Shown: positions 10,216 to 21,708, counted from the stretch's first letter. The stretch is 64,000 nucleotides of DNA from Pseudomonadota bacterium (GCA_021849075.1 JAJZTH010000016.1:1505-65504); one strand, 5' to 3'. The notes: generated from the letters alone by a model not told the origin. Translations and numbers: made by a program.

Positions 10216-10938
10216 ATGTCGAGAGTGGCGATCGTGACGGGCGGAACGCGGGGTATCGGCGAGGCGATCAGTCTGGCGCTCAAGGAATTGGGCTATACCG
10301 TTGCCGCCAACTATGCCGGCAATGAGGAAAAGGCCAAGGCGTTCACAGACAAGACCGGCATCGCATCCTTCAAATGGGATGTCGGCGATCATCAGGCATG
10401 TCTCGACGGCTGCGCTGCCGTCACCGAAGCGCTTGGTCCCATCGATGTGGTCGTCAACAATGCGGGCATCACCCGTGACGGCGTGCTCGCCCGAATGAGC
10501 TTTGACGACTGGAACGAAGTGATGCGCATCAACCTTGGCGGCTGTTTCAACATGGCCAAGGCGACCTTTGGCGGCATGCGCGAACGCGGCTGGGGCCGCA
10601 TCGTCAACATCGGTTCGATCAATGGTCAGGCCGGTCAATATGGCCAGGTCAATTACGCGGCCGCCAAATCGGGCATCCATGGCTTCACCAAGGCGCTGGC
10701 GCAGGAAGGCGCCAAATATGGTGTGACCGTGAACGCCATCGCGCCCGGCTATATCGACACCGACATGGTGGCCGCGGTGCCCGCGCCGGTGCTGGAAAAG
10801 ATCGTAGCGAAAATCCCGGTCGGCCGTCTGGGTCAGGCCCATGAAATCGCGCGCGGCGTTGCTTTCCTGTGCTGCGAGGAAGGCGGCTTCGTGACCGGCA
10901 GCACGCTGTCGATCAACGGCGGCCAGCACATGTATTGA
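10216..10938 (+). CDS. phbB: Acetoacetyl-CoA reductase
   Basis: SDR motifs TGGTRGIG, NNAGITRD, SINGQAGQYGQVNYAAAK; C-terminal NGGQHMY. Confidence 0.92.
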   Translation: MSRVAIVTGGTRGIGEAISLALKELGYTVAANYAGNEEKAKAFTDKTGIASFKWDVGDHQACLDGCAAVTEALGPIDVVVNNAGITRDGVLARMSFDDWNEVMRINLGGCFNMAKATFGGMRERGWGRIVNIGSINGQAGQYGQVNYAAAKSGIHGFTKALAQEGAKYGVTVNAIAPGYIDTDMVAAVPAPVLEKIVAKIPVGRLGQAHEIARGVAFLCCEEGGFVTGSTLSINGGQHMY

Positions 10939-11207
10939 TGGATAGCGGCGGCCCCGACACGCCTTCGGGGCCGCCGACCTTCGCGCCGCCGGTCAAGCGG
11001 AGCGTCACCATCGCCGGCCATCAGACGGCGATCAGCCTTGAACCCATCTTCTGGATTGCGCTGCGCCATGCCGCTGCGCAGCAAAATGTGCCGATCAATG
11101 CCCTGATCGCGCGCATCGACGTTGCGCGTCTGGCTGCCGATCCCGCGCCCAATCTGGCGAGCGCAATACGTTGCTGGCTTTTTGCGCAAAATCAACAAAG
11201 TGAATAA
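10938..11207 (+). CDS. Ribbon-helix-helix domain protein
   Basis: KRSVTIAGHQTAISLEPIFW...NLASAIR; TGATG coupling to phbB. Confidence 0.85.
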   Translation: MDSGGPDTPSGPPTFAPPVKRSVTIAGHQTAISLEPIFWIALRHAAAQQNVPINALIARIDVARLAADPAPNLASAIRCWLFAQNQQSE

Positions 11208-11249
11208 GAGTTATTCGCATTAGCGTTGACAGTAAGAACGATTCGCAAT
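11203..11249 (+). promoter_or_regulatory. Two Fur-like boxes flanking a TTGACA -35 element
   Basis: AATAAGAGTTATTCGCATT (11203-11221) and AGTAAGAACGATTCGCAAT (11231-11249); TTGACA at 11226. Confidence 0.7.
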
Positions 11250-11287
11250 AGCAGCCCTCCGTCTAAGACAGAGGGGAAACTGCTTTC

Positions 11288-13720
11288 ATGAGCAAGTCTG
11301 CATCACACACATCATTTCTGGCGCTAAGCTGTGTCGGCGCCATGGCCTTCGCCACCGCCGCGCACGCCCAGACTGCCGACCAGGGCCAAAAACTGGGCGG
11401 CATGACGGTCACGGACAGCGCGATTGACGAGTCCGACGTGAAGGTCGAGCGGGCGGAATCGCCCAAATATGTCCGGCCGCTGCTCGATACGCCGCAGACC
11501 ATCACCGTCATTGGCAAAGCGACCATCCAGCAGCAGAATTTGCTGACCCTGCGCGACGTTCTGTCGACGGTGCCGGGCATCACCTTCGGCGCGGGCGAAG
11601 GCGGCTTTGGCTATGGCGATCGCATCATTCTGCGCGGCCAGGACGCCAAGAGCGACGTCACCGTCGATGGCGTGCGGTCGCAGGGCTTTGGCAACCGCAA
11701 CGAAGTCTATAATATCGAACAGGTGGAAGTCACCAACGGCGCCAACTCCGTCATGAACGGCGGCGGCTCGGTCGCGGGCACCATCAATCTCGTCACCAAG
11801 CGCCCGCTGGCGGACGACCAGACCGTCCTGTCGGCCGGCATCGGCACCGACAATTATTATCGCGCCACGGTCGACACCAACCAGCGCGTCAATGATCTGA
11901 TCGCGGTGCGCCTGAACGCCGTCTATCATGAAAATGACGTGCCGGGCCGCAAGGTCGAGGATTATAAGCGCTGGGGCTTTGCGCCGGCCATCACCATCGG
12001 CATCGATGGGCCGACCAGCCTGACGTTGCAGGGCGAATATCTCGACGACAAGTCGATGCCGCAATATGGCCTGCGCTATTATGCCAATCTGGGCGGCTTC
12101 CTGGATGAGTTCGACCGCGAAGGCTATTATGGCTTTGCGAACCTCGACAAGCAGAACAGCAAGACGAAATCGCTCCAGGCGATCTTCTCCCATGAATTTT
12201 CGGACAAGGTGAAGATCCGCAATCTGACCCGCTACGAAAATATCAAGCAGGACACGATCACCAGCCAGCCCAACGGCACCTTCTGCCTGTCGTCGACCGG
12301 CTTGCAACCGCAGGCGCCCTTCATCGGCGGCACGGCGGCGGCCTGCACCACGACGGTCAACAATGCGCCTTTCACTGTGCCTGCCGGCTATTATCTGCCG
12401 ACTGGCGGCCGTGGCGTGGAGCGCCTTATTTCCAATACGACCGCCTATAACCAGCTCGACCTGAGCGCCGATTTCGACACTGGCGGCATCGGCCATACGA
12501 TGGTGCTGGGCGTGTCGGCCTTGTGGGAACGCTATTCGCAGAATCAGGGCACGCTGCCGCGCAATGCCGATGGTTCGACCCCGCTCTTCCCGCTGGTCAG
12601 CATCTCCAACCCGGGCGAAGTCGTGCAAGGTCCGGCTGGCTATAGCTACGGCAACAACACCTATACCGGCCCGATCAACTTCATCCGCACAAGTCAGGCA
12701 ATTGGCGAGCAGACCAGCTATGCGGCCTATCTGTTCGATGCGATGAAGATCACCGAATGGTTCGAGCTGAATGGCGGCGTCCGCTATGAAAAGGTGGAGG
12801 GCTTCAACCGCAACTTCTCCTATGTGACCACTGCCGGTTCGCCGCAGCTGGGCCAGCTCAATGGTGCGCCGACCTATTTCAAAATGCCCTCGGACGAACT
12901 CTTCTCCTACCGCATCGGTGCGGTGGTGAAGCCCACGCCGAACACCAGCATTTACGCCGCCTATGGCAATTCGACCCTGCCGTCCAAGGCGTCGGTCGAT
13001 CAGGCATGCTCCGCCACCACCTGCACCACCAGACCGGAAACGACGAAGAATTACGAAGTCGGTGTGAAGGCGGATCTGTTCGACAACAAACTGCTGCTGA
13101 CCGCGTCGGTCTTCCGCAATGATCGCAACCAGATCCGCGTCGCGGCCGGCGATTTCGCCGATTCCGAACAGCGTCTGGACGGTCATCAGCGGGTGGAGGG
13201 TATTTCCCTCGGCGCGTCGGGCAACATCACGTCCAACTGGACCATCTCGGCCAACTATATGTACCTCAAGTCCGAGATTAAGCAGGGCGTATCCGACTTC
13301 TGCCTTGCCAATCCGGGCACGGCGCAGTGCACCAGCAACAGCGTGGCCTTCCCCGATCCGACGGCAGGCTATGCGCTCACCAACACGCCCAAACATTCGG
13401 GCAGCCTGTTCACCACCTATCGTTTCGGCTTCGGTCTGGAGCTGGGCTATGGCCTGACCTATCAGGGCAAGTTCCTGCTCAATCAGCCGACCTTGGCGCA
13501 GCTCGCAGGCAATACTTACGTCGCTTATCATGTGCCGAGCTACACCATCCATCGCTTCATGGCTTCCTATCCGATCACGGAAAAGCTGAAGGCGCAGGTG
13601 AATGTGCAGAACTTCACCGACGAGAAATATGTGACGACGGTGCGTAACCAGGTTGCGGGCAGCTGGGCGCAGCCCGCGCCGACCCGTTCGGCCACTTTCA
13701 CGCTGAACTATCAGTTCTGA
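11288..13720 (+). CDS. TonB-dependent siderophore receptor (Fiu/PiuA-like)
   Basis: Signal peptide, PLLDTPQTITVI, VPGITFGAGEGG, C-terminal Phe; clustered with tonB and piuC. Confidence 0.9.
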   Translation: MSKSASHTSFLALSCVGAMAFATAAHAQTADQGQKLGGMTVTDSAIDESDVKVERAESPKYVRPLLDTPQTITVIGKATIQQQNLLTLRDVLSTVPGITFGAGEGGFGYGDRIILRGQDAKSDVTVDGVRSQGFGNRNEVYNIEQVEVTNGANSVMNGGGSVAGTINLVTKRPLADDQTVLSAGIGTDNYYRATVDTNQRVNDLIAVRLNAVYHENDVPGRKVEDYKRWGFAPAITIGIDGPTSLTLQGEYLDDKSMPQYGLRYYANLGGFLDEFDREGYYGFANLDKQNSKTKSLQAIFSHEFSDKVKIRNLTRYENIKQDTITSQPNGTFCLSSTGLQPQAPFIGGTAAACTTTVNNAPFTVPAGYYLPTGGRGVERLISNTTAYNQLDLSADFDTGGIGHTMVLGVSALWERYSQNQGTLPRNADGSTPLFPLVSISNPGEVVQGPAGYSYGNNTYTGPINFIRTSQAIGEQTSYAAYLFDAMKITEWFELNGGVRYEKVEGFNRNFSYVTTAGSPQLGQLNGAPTYFKMPSDELFSYRIGAVVKPTPNTSIYAAYGNSTLPSKASVDQACSATTCTTRPETTKNYEVGVKADLFDNKLLLTASVFRNDRNQIRVAAGDFADSEQRLDGHQRVEGISLGASGNITSNWTISANYMYLKSEIKQGVSDFCLANPGTAQCTSNSVAFPDPTAGYALTNTPKHSGSLFTTYRFGFGLELGYGLTYQGKFLLNQPTLAQLAGNTYVAYHVPSYTIHRFMASYPITEKLKAQVNVQNFTDEKYVTTVRNQVAGSWAQPAPTRSATFTLNYQF

Positions 13721-13827
13721 TCCTGATTTCCCCCGGCACGTCCCGTCCGGGGGATAAGGGGCGGGCGGCGATACACTCCAACCTCCTCGGGTCGCCGCCC
13801 GTCCCAATCTTTTCTGAACATTGCCAG

Positions 13828-13846
13828 ATCGCGATTGATTCGCATT
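13828..13846 (+). promoter_or_regulatory. Fur-like box upstream of tonB
   Basis: ATCGCGATTGATTCGCATT directly after TTGCCA; same ATTCGCA half-site as at 11203 and 11231. Confidence 0.65.
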
Positions 13847-13884
13847 AGTCTTCGCGTTATGGGCGCGGAGAGGGAGGCGCTTCC

Positions 13885-14664
13885 ATGTTGCAAGCCGCTA
13901 GCCAGCCGATCGATGACTATGGAGTTATGGCCGACCATCGGGACGCTATTGATGCGCCGGTTGTTTCGGCCGCCGTTACGCCGGCCATGCCGGCCATGCC
14001 GGCCGTCGCAGAGCGCTATCGCGCCCGCTCCCGTCCCAATCTTCCGGCCATCATTGCCATAGTGGCGATCCATGCCTTGGTGATCGGCGCTTTGATCCAG
14101 GTGCGCAACCATGTGCAGCGCATGGAGGCGACGAAGCTGACGGTGGTCAATCTGACCCGGCCTCCGCCGCCGCCCGCTGCTGAAACGCCGCCGCCGCCAC
14201 CCTCCCAGCCGCAGGTCGTGGCTCCCCCGCCGATCGTGCAGACGCCCGCGCCTCCGGTGCCGGTGCAGACCACGCCCGATCCTGTGCCGGTTCCCAGTCC
14301 CGTGCCCGTCGCTGTCGTTGCGCCGTCGCCTTCCCCCGCGCCGGCCGCGCCGCCGGCCCCGCCCAGCATCGTGCAGGGCGGTGATCTTGGCACCCAGATG
14401 GTCGCCGGCAAACCGCCTCGCTATCCGGTCGAAAGCCGCCGCAAGCATGAACAGGGGACGGTCGTCCTGACCCTGATCCTGGGGCTGGACGGCGCCGTCG
14501 AGACGGTCAGCGTGTCACAGAGCAGCGGATCGTCTCGCCTCGACAACGCGGCGCGCGACGCGGTGAAGGGATGGCGCTGGAAGCCGACCATTCGTGGCGG
14601 CCAACCGGTCCGGGTGAAGGGTGTCGTTGAAATCCCGTTCGTTCTTCGTGTCGACGCTGCCTGA
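13885..14664 (+). CDS. tonB: Energy transducer TonB
   Basis: TM helix with His, Pro-rich linker, PRYP...EQGTV...SSGSSRLDNAARDAVKGWRWKP. Confidence 0.92.
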   Translation: MLQAASQPIDDYGVMADHRDAIDAPVVSAAVTPAMPAMPAVAERYRARSRPNLPAIIAIVAIHALVIGALIQVRNHVQRMEATKLTVVNLTRPPPPPAAETPPPPPSQPQVVAPPPIVQTPAPPVPVQTTPDPVPVPSPVPVAVVAPSPSPAPAAPPAPPSIVQGGDLGTQMVAGKPPRYPVESRRKHEQGTVVLTLILGLDGAVETVSVSQSSGSSRLDNAARDAVKGWRWKPTIRGGQPVRVKGVVEIPFVLRVDAA

Positions 14665-14670
14665 GTTTTT

Positions 14671-15354
14671 ATGCTGATTGCCATTCCCGACCTGATCGAC
14701 GCCGATGGCGTCGCGTCCATCCGCGCCCTGATCGATGCCGCCGACTGGGTGGATGGCAACATCACCTCCGGCCACCAATCCGCACTGGCCAAGCGCAACC
14801 TGCAATTGCCCGAGGATAGCGACGCGGCCAAGCGGGCGGGGCAGATGGTGCTGGACGCGCTGGGGCGATCGCCCTTGTTCATTGCCGCCGCGCTGCCGCT
14901 GAAGATTTTTCCGCCCTTGTTCAACAGCTATGCCGGCGGCCAGAATTTCGGCGTGCATGTCGACAATGCCGTGCGCATTCAGGCGGGAACGGGCTTTCGC
15001 GTGCGATCCGACCTGTCGATCACGGTCTTTCTGGAAGAACCGGACGCCTATGATGGCGGCGAACTGACGATCGAAACCAATTTTGGCGTGCAGCAGGTCA
15101 AGCTGCCCGCCGGCCATGCGGTGCTATATCCGTCCTCATCGCTTCATCGGGTCGAACCCGTGACGCGGGGGCGGCGGGTGGCCAGCTTCTTCTGGCTACA
15201 GTCGATGATCAGGGACGATGGCGCGCGCCAGATGCTGTTCGATCTCGACCGCAGCGTACAGGGGGTTGCGACCGCGCTGGGGCAGGATCATGGCGAAGTG
15301 ATCCGCCTGACCGGCGTCTATCATAATCTGTTGCGCCGCTGGGCCGACGCCTGA
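14671..15354 (+). CDS. piuC: PKHD-type Fe(II)/2-oxoglutarate dioxygenase (PiuC/YbiX)
   Basis: [41 protein letters not shown]. Confidence 0.93.
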   Translation: MLIAIPDLIDADGVASIRALIDAADWVDGNITSGHQSALAKRNLQLPEDSDAAKRAGQMVLDALGRSPLFIAAALPLKIFPPLFNSYAGGQNFGVHVDNAVRIQAGTGFRVRSDLSITVFLEEPDAYDGGELTIETNFGVQQVKLPAGHAVLYPSSSLHRVEPVTRGRRVASFFWLQSMIRDDGARQMLFDLDRSVQGVATALGQDHGEVIRLTGVYHNLLRRWADA

Positions 15355-15401
15355 AGCGCAGGTGATTGGCGGCAACCGGCCCGGCTGCCGCCAATGCAGG
15401 A

Positions 15402-17252
15402 TCAGCGTTCGATCTGGCTGACGTCGCGCACCGCGCCCTTGGCGGCGTTGGTGGTCATCGCGGCATAGGCGCGCAGGGCGGGGGACACTTCGCGCTTGCG
15501 GCCGAAGGGTTTCCACGCCTTGGCGCCGCGGGCTTCCATTTCGGCGCGGCGGGCGTCGAGAATGGCGTCGTCCAGATCGACCTTGATCACGCGGGCCGGA
15601 ATGTCGATGACGATCGGGTCGCCCGTTTCGACCAGCGCGATCAGGCCGCCTTCGGCCGCTTCGGGCGAGACATGGCCGATCGACAGACCCGATGTGCCGC
15701 CCGAAAAGCGTCCGTCGGTGATGAGCGCGCAGGCTTTGCCCAGGCCCTTCGACTTCAGATAGCTGGTCGGATAGAGCATTTCCTGCATGCCTGGCCCGCC
15801 CTTTGGCCCTTCATAGCGAATGATGACGACGTCGTTCGCTTTCACTTCATTGCCCAAAATGCCGGCGACCGCCGCATCCTGGCTTTCATAGACGCGCGCG
15901 GTGCCGTGGAAGACGAGGATGCTTTCATCCACGCCGGCGGTCTTCACGATGCAGCCTTCAGGCGCAAGGTTGCCGGAGAGGACGGCGATGCCGCCATCCT
16001 TGGAAAAGGCATGCTCGACCGAACGGATCACGCCATGTTCGCGGTCGGTGTCCAGTTCCTCCCAGCGGGCCGACTGGCTGAAGGCCACCTGCGTCGGCAC
16101 GCCGCCGGGGGCCGCGCGATAGAAGTTGCGGACGTCCTCGCTATTGGTGCGGCCAATGTCCCAGCGGGCCAGCGCATCGGCCATGGTGCGGCTGTGGACG
16201 GTGCGCAGCGATGCATCGATCAGGCCGCCACGCTCCAGTTCGCCCAGGATCGCCATGATGCCGCCGGCGCGGTGAACGTCCTCCATATGGACGTCATTCT
16301 TGGCGGGGGCGACCTTGCACAGGCAGGGGACGCGGCGCGACAGCCGGTCGATGTCGGCCATGGTGAAGTCGATGCCGCCTTCGAAGGCGGCAGCCAGCAG
16401 ATGCAGCACGGTGTTGGACGAACCGCCCATGGCGATGTCCAGGCTCATCGCATTTTCGAACGCGGCGAAATTGGCGATGCTGCGCGGCAGGACGCTGGCG
16501 TCATCCTGCTCATAATAGCGCTTGGTGATGTCGACGATCAGATGGCCGGCTTCGCGGAACAGGCGCTCGCGATCGGCATGGGTGGCGAGCGTCGATCCAT
16601 TGCCGGGCAGCGACAGGCCCAAAGCCTCGGTCAGGCAATTCATCGAATTGGCGGTGAACATGCCCGAACAGCTGCCGCAGGTGGGGCAGGCGGACCGTTC
16701 GATCGTCTGGACTTCTTCGTCCGTATAGCTTTCGTCGGCGGCGACGACCATGGCGTCGACCAGGTCGAGCGCGACCTTCTTGCCGCGCACGACGGTCTTG
16801 CCGGCTTCCATCGGTCCGCCGGAGACGAAGACGACGGGAATGTTGAGGCGCATGGCGGCCATCAGCATGCCGGGCGTGATCTTGTCGCAGTTGGAGATGC
16901 AGACGATCGCGTCGGCGCAATGGGCGTTGACCATATATTCGACGCTGTCGGCGATCAGATCGCGGCTGGGCAGCGAATAGAGCATGCCACCATGGCCCAT
17001 GGCGATGCCGTCATCGACCGCGATGGTGTTGAATTCCTTGGCGACGCCGCCGGCCGCCTCAATCTCGCGCGCGACCAGCTGGCCAAGGTCCTTCAAATGG
17101 ACATGGCCGGGCACGAACTGGGTGAAGCTATTGGCAATGGCGATGATCGGCTTGCCAAAATCCTCGTCCTTCATCCCCGTCGCGCGCCACAGGCCGCGCG
17201 CGCCGGCCATGTTGCGGCCGTGGGTGGTGGTGCGGGAACGATAGGCAGGCAT
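15402..17252 (-). CDS. ilvD: Dihydroxy-acid dehydratase
   Basis: [60 protein letters not shown]. Confidence 0.98.
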   Translation of the reverse strand: MPAYRSRTTTHGRNMAGARGLWRATGMKDEDFGKPIIAIANSFTQFVPGHVHLKDLGQLVAREIEAAGGVAKEFNTIAVDDGIAMGHGGMLYSLPSRDLIADSVEYMVNAHCADAIVCISNCDKITPGMLMAAMRLNIPVVFVSGGPMEAGKTVVRGKKVALDLVDAMVVAADESYTDEEVQTIERSACPTCGSCSGMFTANSMNCLTEALGLSLPGNGSTLATHADRERLFREAGHLIVDITKRYYEQDDASVLPRSIANFAAFENAMSLDIAMGGSSNTVLHLLAAAFEGGIDFTMADIDRLSRRVPCLCKVAPAKNDVHMEDVHRAGGIMAILGELERGGLIDASLRTVHSRTMADALARWDIGRTNSEDVRNFYRAAPGGVPTQVAFSQSARWEELDTDREHGVIRSVEHAFSKDGGIAVLSGNLAPEGCIVKTAGVDESILVFHGTARVYESQDAAVAGILGNEVKANDVVIIRYEGPKGGPGMQEMLYPTSYLKSKGLGKACALITDGRFSGGTSGLSIGHVSPEAAEGGLIALVETGDPIVIDIPARVIKVDLDDAILDARRAEMEARGAKAWKPFGRKREVSPALRAYAAMTTNAAKGAVRDVSQIER

Positions 17253-17645
17253 GACTCGGGTCCTTCGGGTAAAATATCGCGGTCCCTCTACAGGTTGGGA
17301 CCGGTCTGTGAAACATATTATTCCTTTTATGGAGCCGTTGCGCCATTTTCTTGCGCCAGATGCAGACATCTTTGAGGCGCGCCGGGCGCCGTCGTACCGC
17401 GGATGATCCCATGATCATGCCCTTAACTTCGCATATTTCCCGCAAGTTTTGACATTTCATGTCAGGATCGTGAAATTATCTTATCTGACTGTTGCGCCAA
17501 TATAGGTAGTACGGGGCCTTGCAGGACAGGTGCAGGACGGGGCGTGGCCCCAACGGCATCTCGCCGTCGGCGGGGGCGATGTGATTGTCCCAGGGCGGGA
17601 CCGGCCGGGCAGGGCGCGCAAAGCGGACTGGCGCTGCGGAAAATC

Positions 17646-18338
17646 ATGGTTAAGAAAAGCTTTATGCCTTTTCTGCGGCTTTCCTTTCCACGCCTGATGG
17701 CCCCTGTTGTCTGCCTTGTCGCCTGCCTTGTTGCAGCCGACGCCGTGCCCGCCCAGTCGTTGACGGATGCGCCGCTGGCCGCGGGTGGCTATCGCTGGCT
17801 GGAGGATGGGGCGGGGGACGGCCCGCTCTATATGATCGTCAGCATCGAACGGCAGCGGGTGCATGTCTATAGCGGCGACCGGCTGATCGGCGTCGCCAGC
17901 GTATCTACCGGCATGAAGGGGCATCGCACCCCAACCGGCGCCTATCCGATCCTGCAAAAGCGGCAATGGCACCGCTCCAACCTCTACAGCAACGCGCCCA
18001 TGCCCTTCATGCAGCGGCTGACATGGGACGGCATAGCGCTGCATGCCGGGCATAATCCGGGCTATCCCGCCAGCCATGGCTGTATTCGCCTGCCCTATGC
18101 CTTTGCGCAAAAGCTGTTCGCGATGACGCGGATCGGAACGCTGGTGGAGGTGACGCAGGCGCGGCTCAACGCAGCACTGCGGCTCGATCCGCTGGTGGTG
18201 AGCGATCCGGGCAGCACGGTGGTCAGCTTTGGATCGGGCAAGGGCGCAGCCATGGCCCTGCCGCCGGCGGAGGCGGGGGATGATGGCGTGCCGATGCTGG
18301 AGATTGATCCGGCGATTTTCGGCGTGCGGCGGCGATAG
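17646..18338 (+). CDS. L,D-transpeptidase (YkuD family)
   Basis: VSTG...TPTG and HAG...ASHGCIRL catalytic motif; start uncertain. Confidence 0.88.
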   Translation: MVKKSFMPFLRLSFPRLMAPVVCLVACLVAADAVPAQSLTDAPLAAGGYRWLEDGAGDGPLYMIVSIERQRVHVYSGDRLIGVASVSTGMKGHRTPTGAYPILQKRQWHRSNLYSNAPMPFMQRLTWDGIALHAGHNPGYPASHGCIRLPYAFAQKLFAMTRIGTLVEVTQARLNAALRLDPLVVSDPGSTVVSFGSGKGAAMALPPAEAGDDGVPMLEIDPAIFGVRRR

Positions 18339-18465
18339 GGTGAAATTGCCTGCGACGCATCCGATCCGGATAGCATCACGAAGAAATATTCATTTCGGTT
18401 ACAGATCAAATTTACGATAAACTATGATTCGTCCAACATTGTGTTGCGCAGATCATAGGTGGATC

Positions 18466-19845
18466 ATGATCAAAGTAATTTTACGAACGCTTATGATGAC
18501 TTGCTGTCTTTCTGCCTGTGCAGAGACGACCAGCGTTTATCATAATCGCGCCATCGATACCGCAACGCCGCGCGCCATCACCATGGATGCCTATCAGCGG
18601 AGCGTGTTTTTCAACAAATTTGGTGAAAACGATCTGCGGATTTGCGCGGAGGCTGCGCCCGACGCTTTTTCCGCGCTCAGCGCCAGCCTGGCTGCCGAAG
18701 CGGATGTGGTCAAGAAAAGCGGCAGTCTGGCTGCCGCCCTGTCGCAATCGGGCGCGACGATCGAACGCACCCAGACCATCAACATGCTACGCGAATCCAT
18801 GTACCGGACGTGTGAACGCTATTTGTCCGGCGGTATCAGCCGTGAAACATTGATTGTCCAGGCGGCGCGCGATCAGCGCAACATGGTGGACATTCTGGCG
18901 ATCGAACAATTGACCCGCACCGCCCGGCTGCCATCGGTCATCATCGCCGGCGGTGCAACGTCCGCCAGCGTACCCAATCGCGCGCTGATCGATATGGTGA
19001 CGGGCTTCAAGACGGAGAGGGATACGGCGACCAAGGCACGGGATGCGGCCAAGGCGGCGTTCGATGCGGCTGATGGATCGGGCAAATGCAGCAGTGTCGC
19101 GACCCAGCCCGCCGATGATAGCGGGACGCCCACCAAGACGGCATGGGACGCCTGCAAGGCGCAGCAGTCGACTCTGGCGGAGCGAGAGGATGATCTGAAA
19201 ACGGCGCAGACCCGACTGGATCAGGCGCTGGCGCTTGGTGGGAATGCGGCCGGAGAGGGAGCGGTGTCCGCAGCGACGCAGGTGGGACAGCAGAGCAACG
19301 GTGCTGGCGGAACTGCGCTGAGCGATACGGCGATCAGCGCCATCGCCAGCGCAGTTCGCGACATTGCGAACAAGCCGGGTATCGACGAAGCCATGATGTT
19401 CTGCATCGCTTATGTCGGGACCAAGCCGGATAAGGTGCCGGCAGTTGTCGCCGCGACTCTTGATCCAGACATCAAGAAATTGTGCATCGATACGATCGCC
19501 AAGCGGGCGGCGCAGGATGAGCAAATCCGTGCAGAAGAATATCGATTGCAAAGCGGCGGCGCGGATATTTCGATCCGGGACTATCATAACGCTGATCAGG
19601 TCGCCGCGCAGAACAGAAGCATATTGCTGCGCTACCTCACCGCCGCAGATGCAAAGGAACGTCAGCGGCGGCTGGCGCTTGTTGGCCGGGAGGTCGTGGG
19701 TATGGGTTATTCCGCCGCACCGCAGGATATTTTCGATCTGGTTACGATGGGAAATGTCGCGCTGACGACTAACTTGTTGCGTGCCGTGCGGATCGCGGAA
19801 CAGAATCCAGCCGGACAGGCGGCGCTCGCAAATCCATCCAACTGA
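18466..19845 (+). CDS. Hypothetical lipoprotein
   Basis: Lipobox-like CLSAC, long ORF with a coiled-coil-like middle, AT-rich upstream region. Confidence 0.75.
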   Translation: MIKVILRTLMMTCCLSACAETTSVYHNRAIDTATPRAITMDAYQRSVFFNKFGENDLRICAEAAPDAFSALSASLAAEADVVKKSGSLAAALSQSGATIERTQTINMLRESMYRTCERYLSGGISRETLIVQAARDQRNMVDILAIEQLTRTARLPSVIIAGGATSASVPNRALIDMVTGFKTERDTATKARDAAKAAFDAADGSGKCSSVATQPADDSGTPTKTAWDACKAQQSTLAEREDDLKTAQTRLDQALALGGNAAGEGAVSAATQVGQQSNGAGGTALSDTAISAIASAVRDIANKPGIDEAMMFCIAYVGTKPDKVPAVVAATLDPDIKKLCIDTIAKRAAQDEQIRAEEYRLQSGGADISIRDYHNADQVAAQNRSILLRYLTAADAKERQRRLALVGREVVGMGYSAAPQDIFDLVTMGNVALTTNLLRAVRIAEQNPAGQAALANPSN

Positions 19846-19858
19846 AAGGGGATAGACC

Positions 19859-20059
19859 ATGGCCATTCGCATCCTTCGCAATGTTCCGGCCAACGAAGTC
19901 GCCGCCGTAACCCAGCTTGCGCTTGATACCGGTGCGACCAGTGTCACGCCGTCACCGGAGACGGACGGTGAATTTACGCTGATGATCGTCTATCCCGATC
20001 AGGAGAGTTTCGCGAAAATGCGTGCGCGGGTTGCCGGCCCGGTGCCGCCCGTCGCGTAA
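19859..20059 (+). CDS. Small hypothetical protein (66 aa)
   Basis: AAAGGGG RBS, 13 bp after the lipoprotein stop, globular-looking composition. Confidence 0.65.
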   Translation: MAIRILRNVPANEVAAVTQLALDTGATSVTPSPETDGEFTLMIVYPDQESFAKMRARVAGPVPPVA

Positions 20060-20127
20060 CAGAATAGCGCGGCCGACAGGTCTTCCTGCCGACTGCGCCA
20101 TGTGCTGTTACAAAACCAGGCGTTCGA

Positions 20128-21708
20128 TCAGGCCGCTTGCGCCGCCTCTTCGCTGGCGGGCAGGCGGATGAGGTAGTCGAAGGCGGACAGCGCCGCCGTC
20201 GATCCTGCGCCCATGGCGATCACGATCTGCTTGTAGGGGACAGTCGTGCAGTCGCCCGCCGCGAAGATGCCTGGCTGGCTGGTTTCGCCGCGTGCGTCGA
20301 TCTCGATCTCGCCGCGGGGCGACAGGGCGATCGCGTCCTTCAGCCATTCGGTGTTGGGAACCAGGCCGATCTGGACGAAAATGCCCTCCAGTTCGACATC
20401 ATGTTCGGTGCCATGATTGCGATCCTTGTAGGACAGGCCCGTCACCCGCTCGCCATTGCCATCGACCTTGGTGGTCAGCGCTGATGTGATGATCTTCACG
20501 TTCGGCAGGCTGGCGAGCTTGCGCTGCAACACCGCGTCGGCGCGCAGCTGGCTATCATATTCGATCAGCGTCACATGGGCGACGATGCCGGCCAGATCGA
20601 TGGCCGCTTCGACGCCGCTATTGCCGCCGCCGATCACGGCCACGCGCTTGCCCTTGAACAGCGGACCATCGCAATGCGGGCAGTAAGCCACGCCCTTGTT
20701 GCGATATTCGTCTTCGCCGGGCACGCCCATCTGCCGCCAGCGCGCGCCGGTGGAAAGGATGATGGTGCGACCTTTCAGCGATGCGCCATTTGCCAGCACA
20801 ACCTCATGATAGCCGCCTTCGGCCTTGGCCGGGATCAGTTTCGCCGCCTTTTGCAGGTTCATGATCTCGACATCATAATCCTTTACATGGGCTTCCAGCG
20901 CGGAGGCGAGCTTTGGCCCTTCGGTGCGCGATACGGAGATGAAATTTTCGATATCCATGGTGTCGAGCACCTGACCGCCGAAGCGTTCGGCCGCGACACC
21001 GGTGCGGATGCCCTTGCGCGCCGAATAGATGGCGGCCGCCGCGCCGGCGGGACCACCGCCGATCACCAGCACTTCGAACGGGTCCTGCGCCTTGATCTTC
21101 TCGGCTGCGCGGGCTTCGGCGCCGCTGTCAATCTTGGCGACGATCTGTTCCAGCTCCATCCGGCCCTGGCCGAACGGTTCGCCGTTCAGGAACACGGTCG
21201 GCACCGCCATGATCTTGCGCGCGTCGACTTCATCCTTGAACAGGCCACCGTCGATGGCGACATGGCTGATCCGGGGGTTCAAGACGCTCATCAGGTTGAG
21301 CGCCTGCACCACGTCCGGGCAATTCTGGCAGGATAGCGAGAAATAGGTTTCGAACGCGAAGTCGCCGTCCAGATCCTTGACTTGGCTGATCAGATCTTGG
21401 GCCGCCTTCGACGGGTGGCCGCCGACCTGCAGCAGCGCCAGCACCAGCGAGGTGAATTCATGGCCCATCGGCAGGCCGGCGAAGGTCACGCCGATATCCG
21501 TGCCGACACGGCGGATCATGAAGCTGGGCTTGCGCTTGTCCGCGCCGGTCACGACCGAAACCTTGTCGGAAAGTGCCGCGATTTCAGTCAGCAATTCGTT
21601 CATTTCGCGCGACTTCGCGCCATCGTCCAGCGACGCCACCAGCTCGATGGGCTGCGTGATGTTCGCCATATAGGTCTTGAGCTGACCCTTGAGATTTGCG
21701 TCCAACAT
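20128..21708 (-). CDS. ahpF: Alkyl hydroperoxide reductase subunit F
   Basis: [36 protein letters not shown]. Confidence 0.97.
   Translation of the reverse strand: MLDANLKGQLKTYMANITQPIELVASLDDGAKSREMNELLTEIAALSDKVSVVTGADKRKPSFMIRRVGTDIGVTFAGLPMGHEFTSLVLALLQVGGHPSKAAQDLISQVKDLDGDFAFETYFSLSCQNCPDVVQALNLMSVLNPRISHVAIDGGLFKDEVDARKIMAVPTVFLNGEPFGQGRMELEQIVAKIDSGAEARAAEKIKAQDPFEVLVIGGGPAGAAAAIYSARKGIRTGVAAERFGGQVLDTMDIENFISVSRTEGPKLASALEAHVKDYDVEIMNLQKAAKLIPAKAEGGYHEVVLANGASLKGRTIILSTGARWRQMGVPGEDEYRNKGVAYCPHCDGPLFKGKRVAVIGGGNSGVEAAIDLAGIVAHVTLIEYDSQLRADAVLQRKLASLPNVKIITSALTTKVDGNGERVTGLSYKDRNHGTEHDVELEGIFVQIGLVPNTEWLKDAIALSPRGEIEIDARGETSQPGIFAAGDCTTVPYKQIVIAMGAGSTAALSAFDYLIRLPASEEAAQAA

Noticed and set aside
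14155..14365. Repetitive CCG-rich DNA
   Set aside because: It encodes the ordinary Pro-rich TonB linker.
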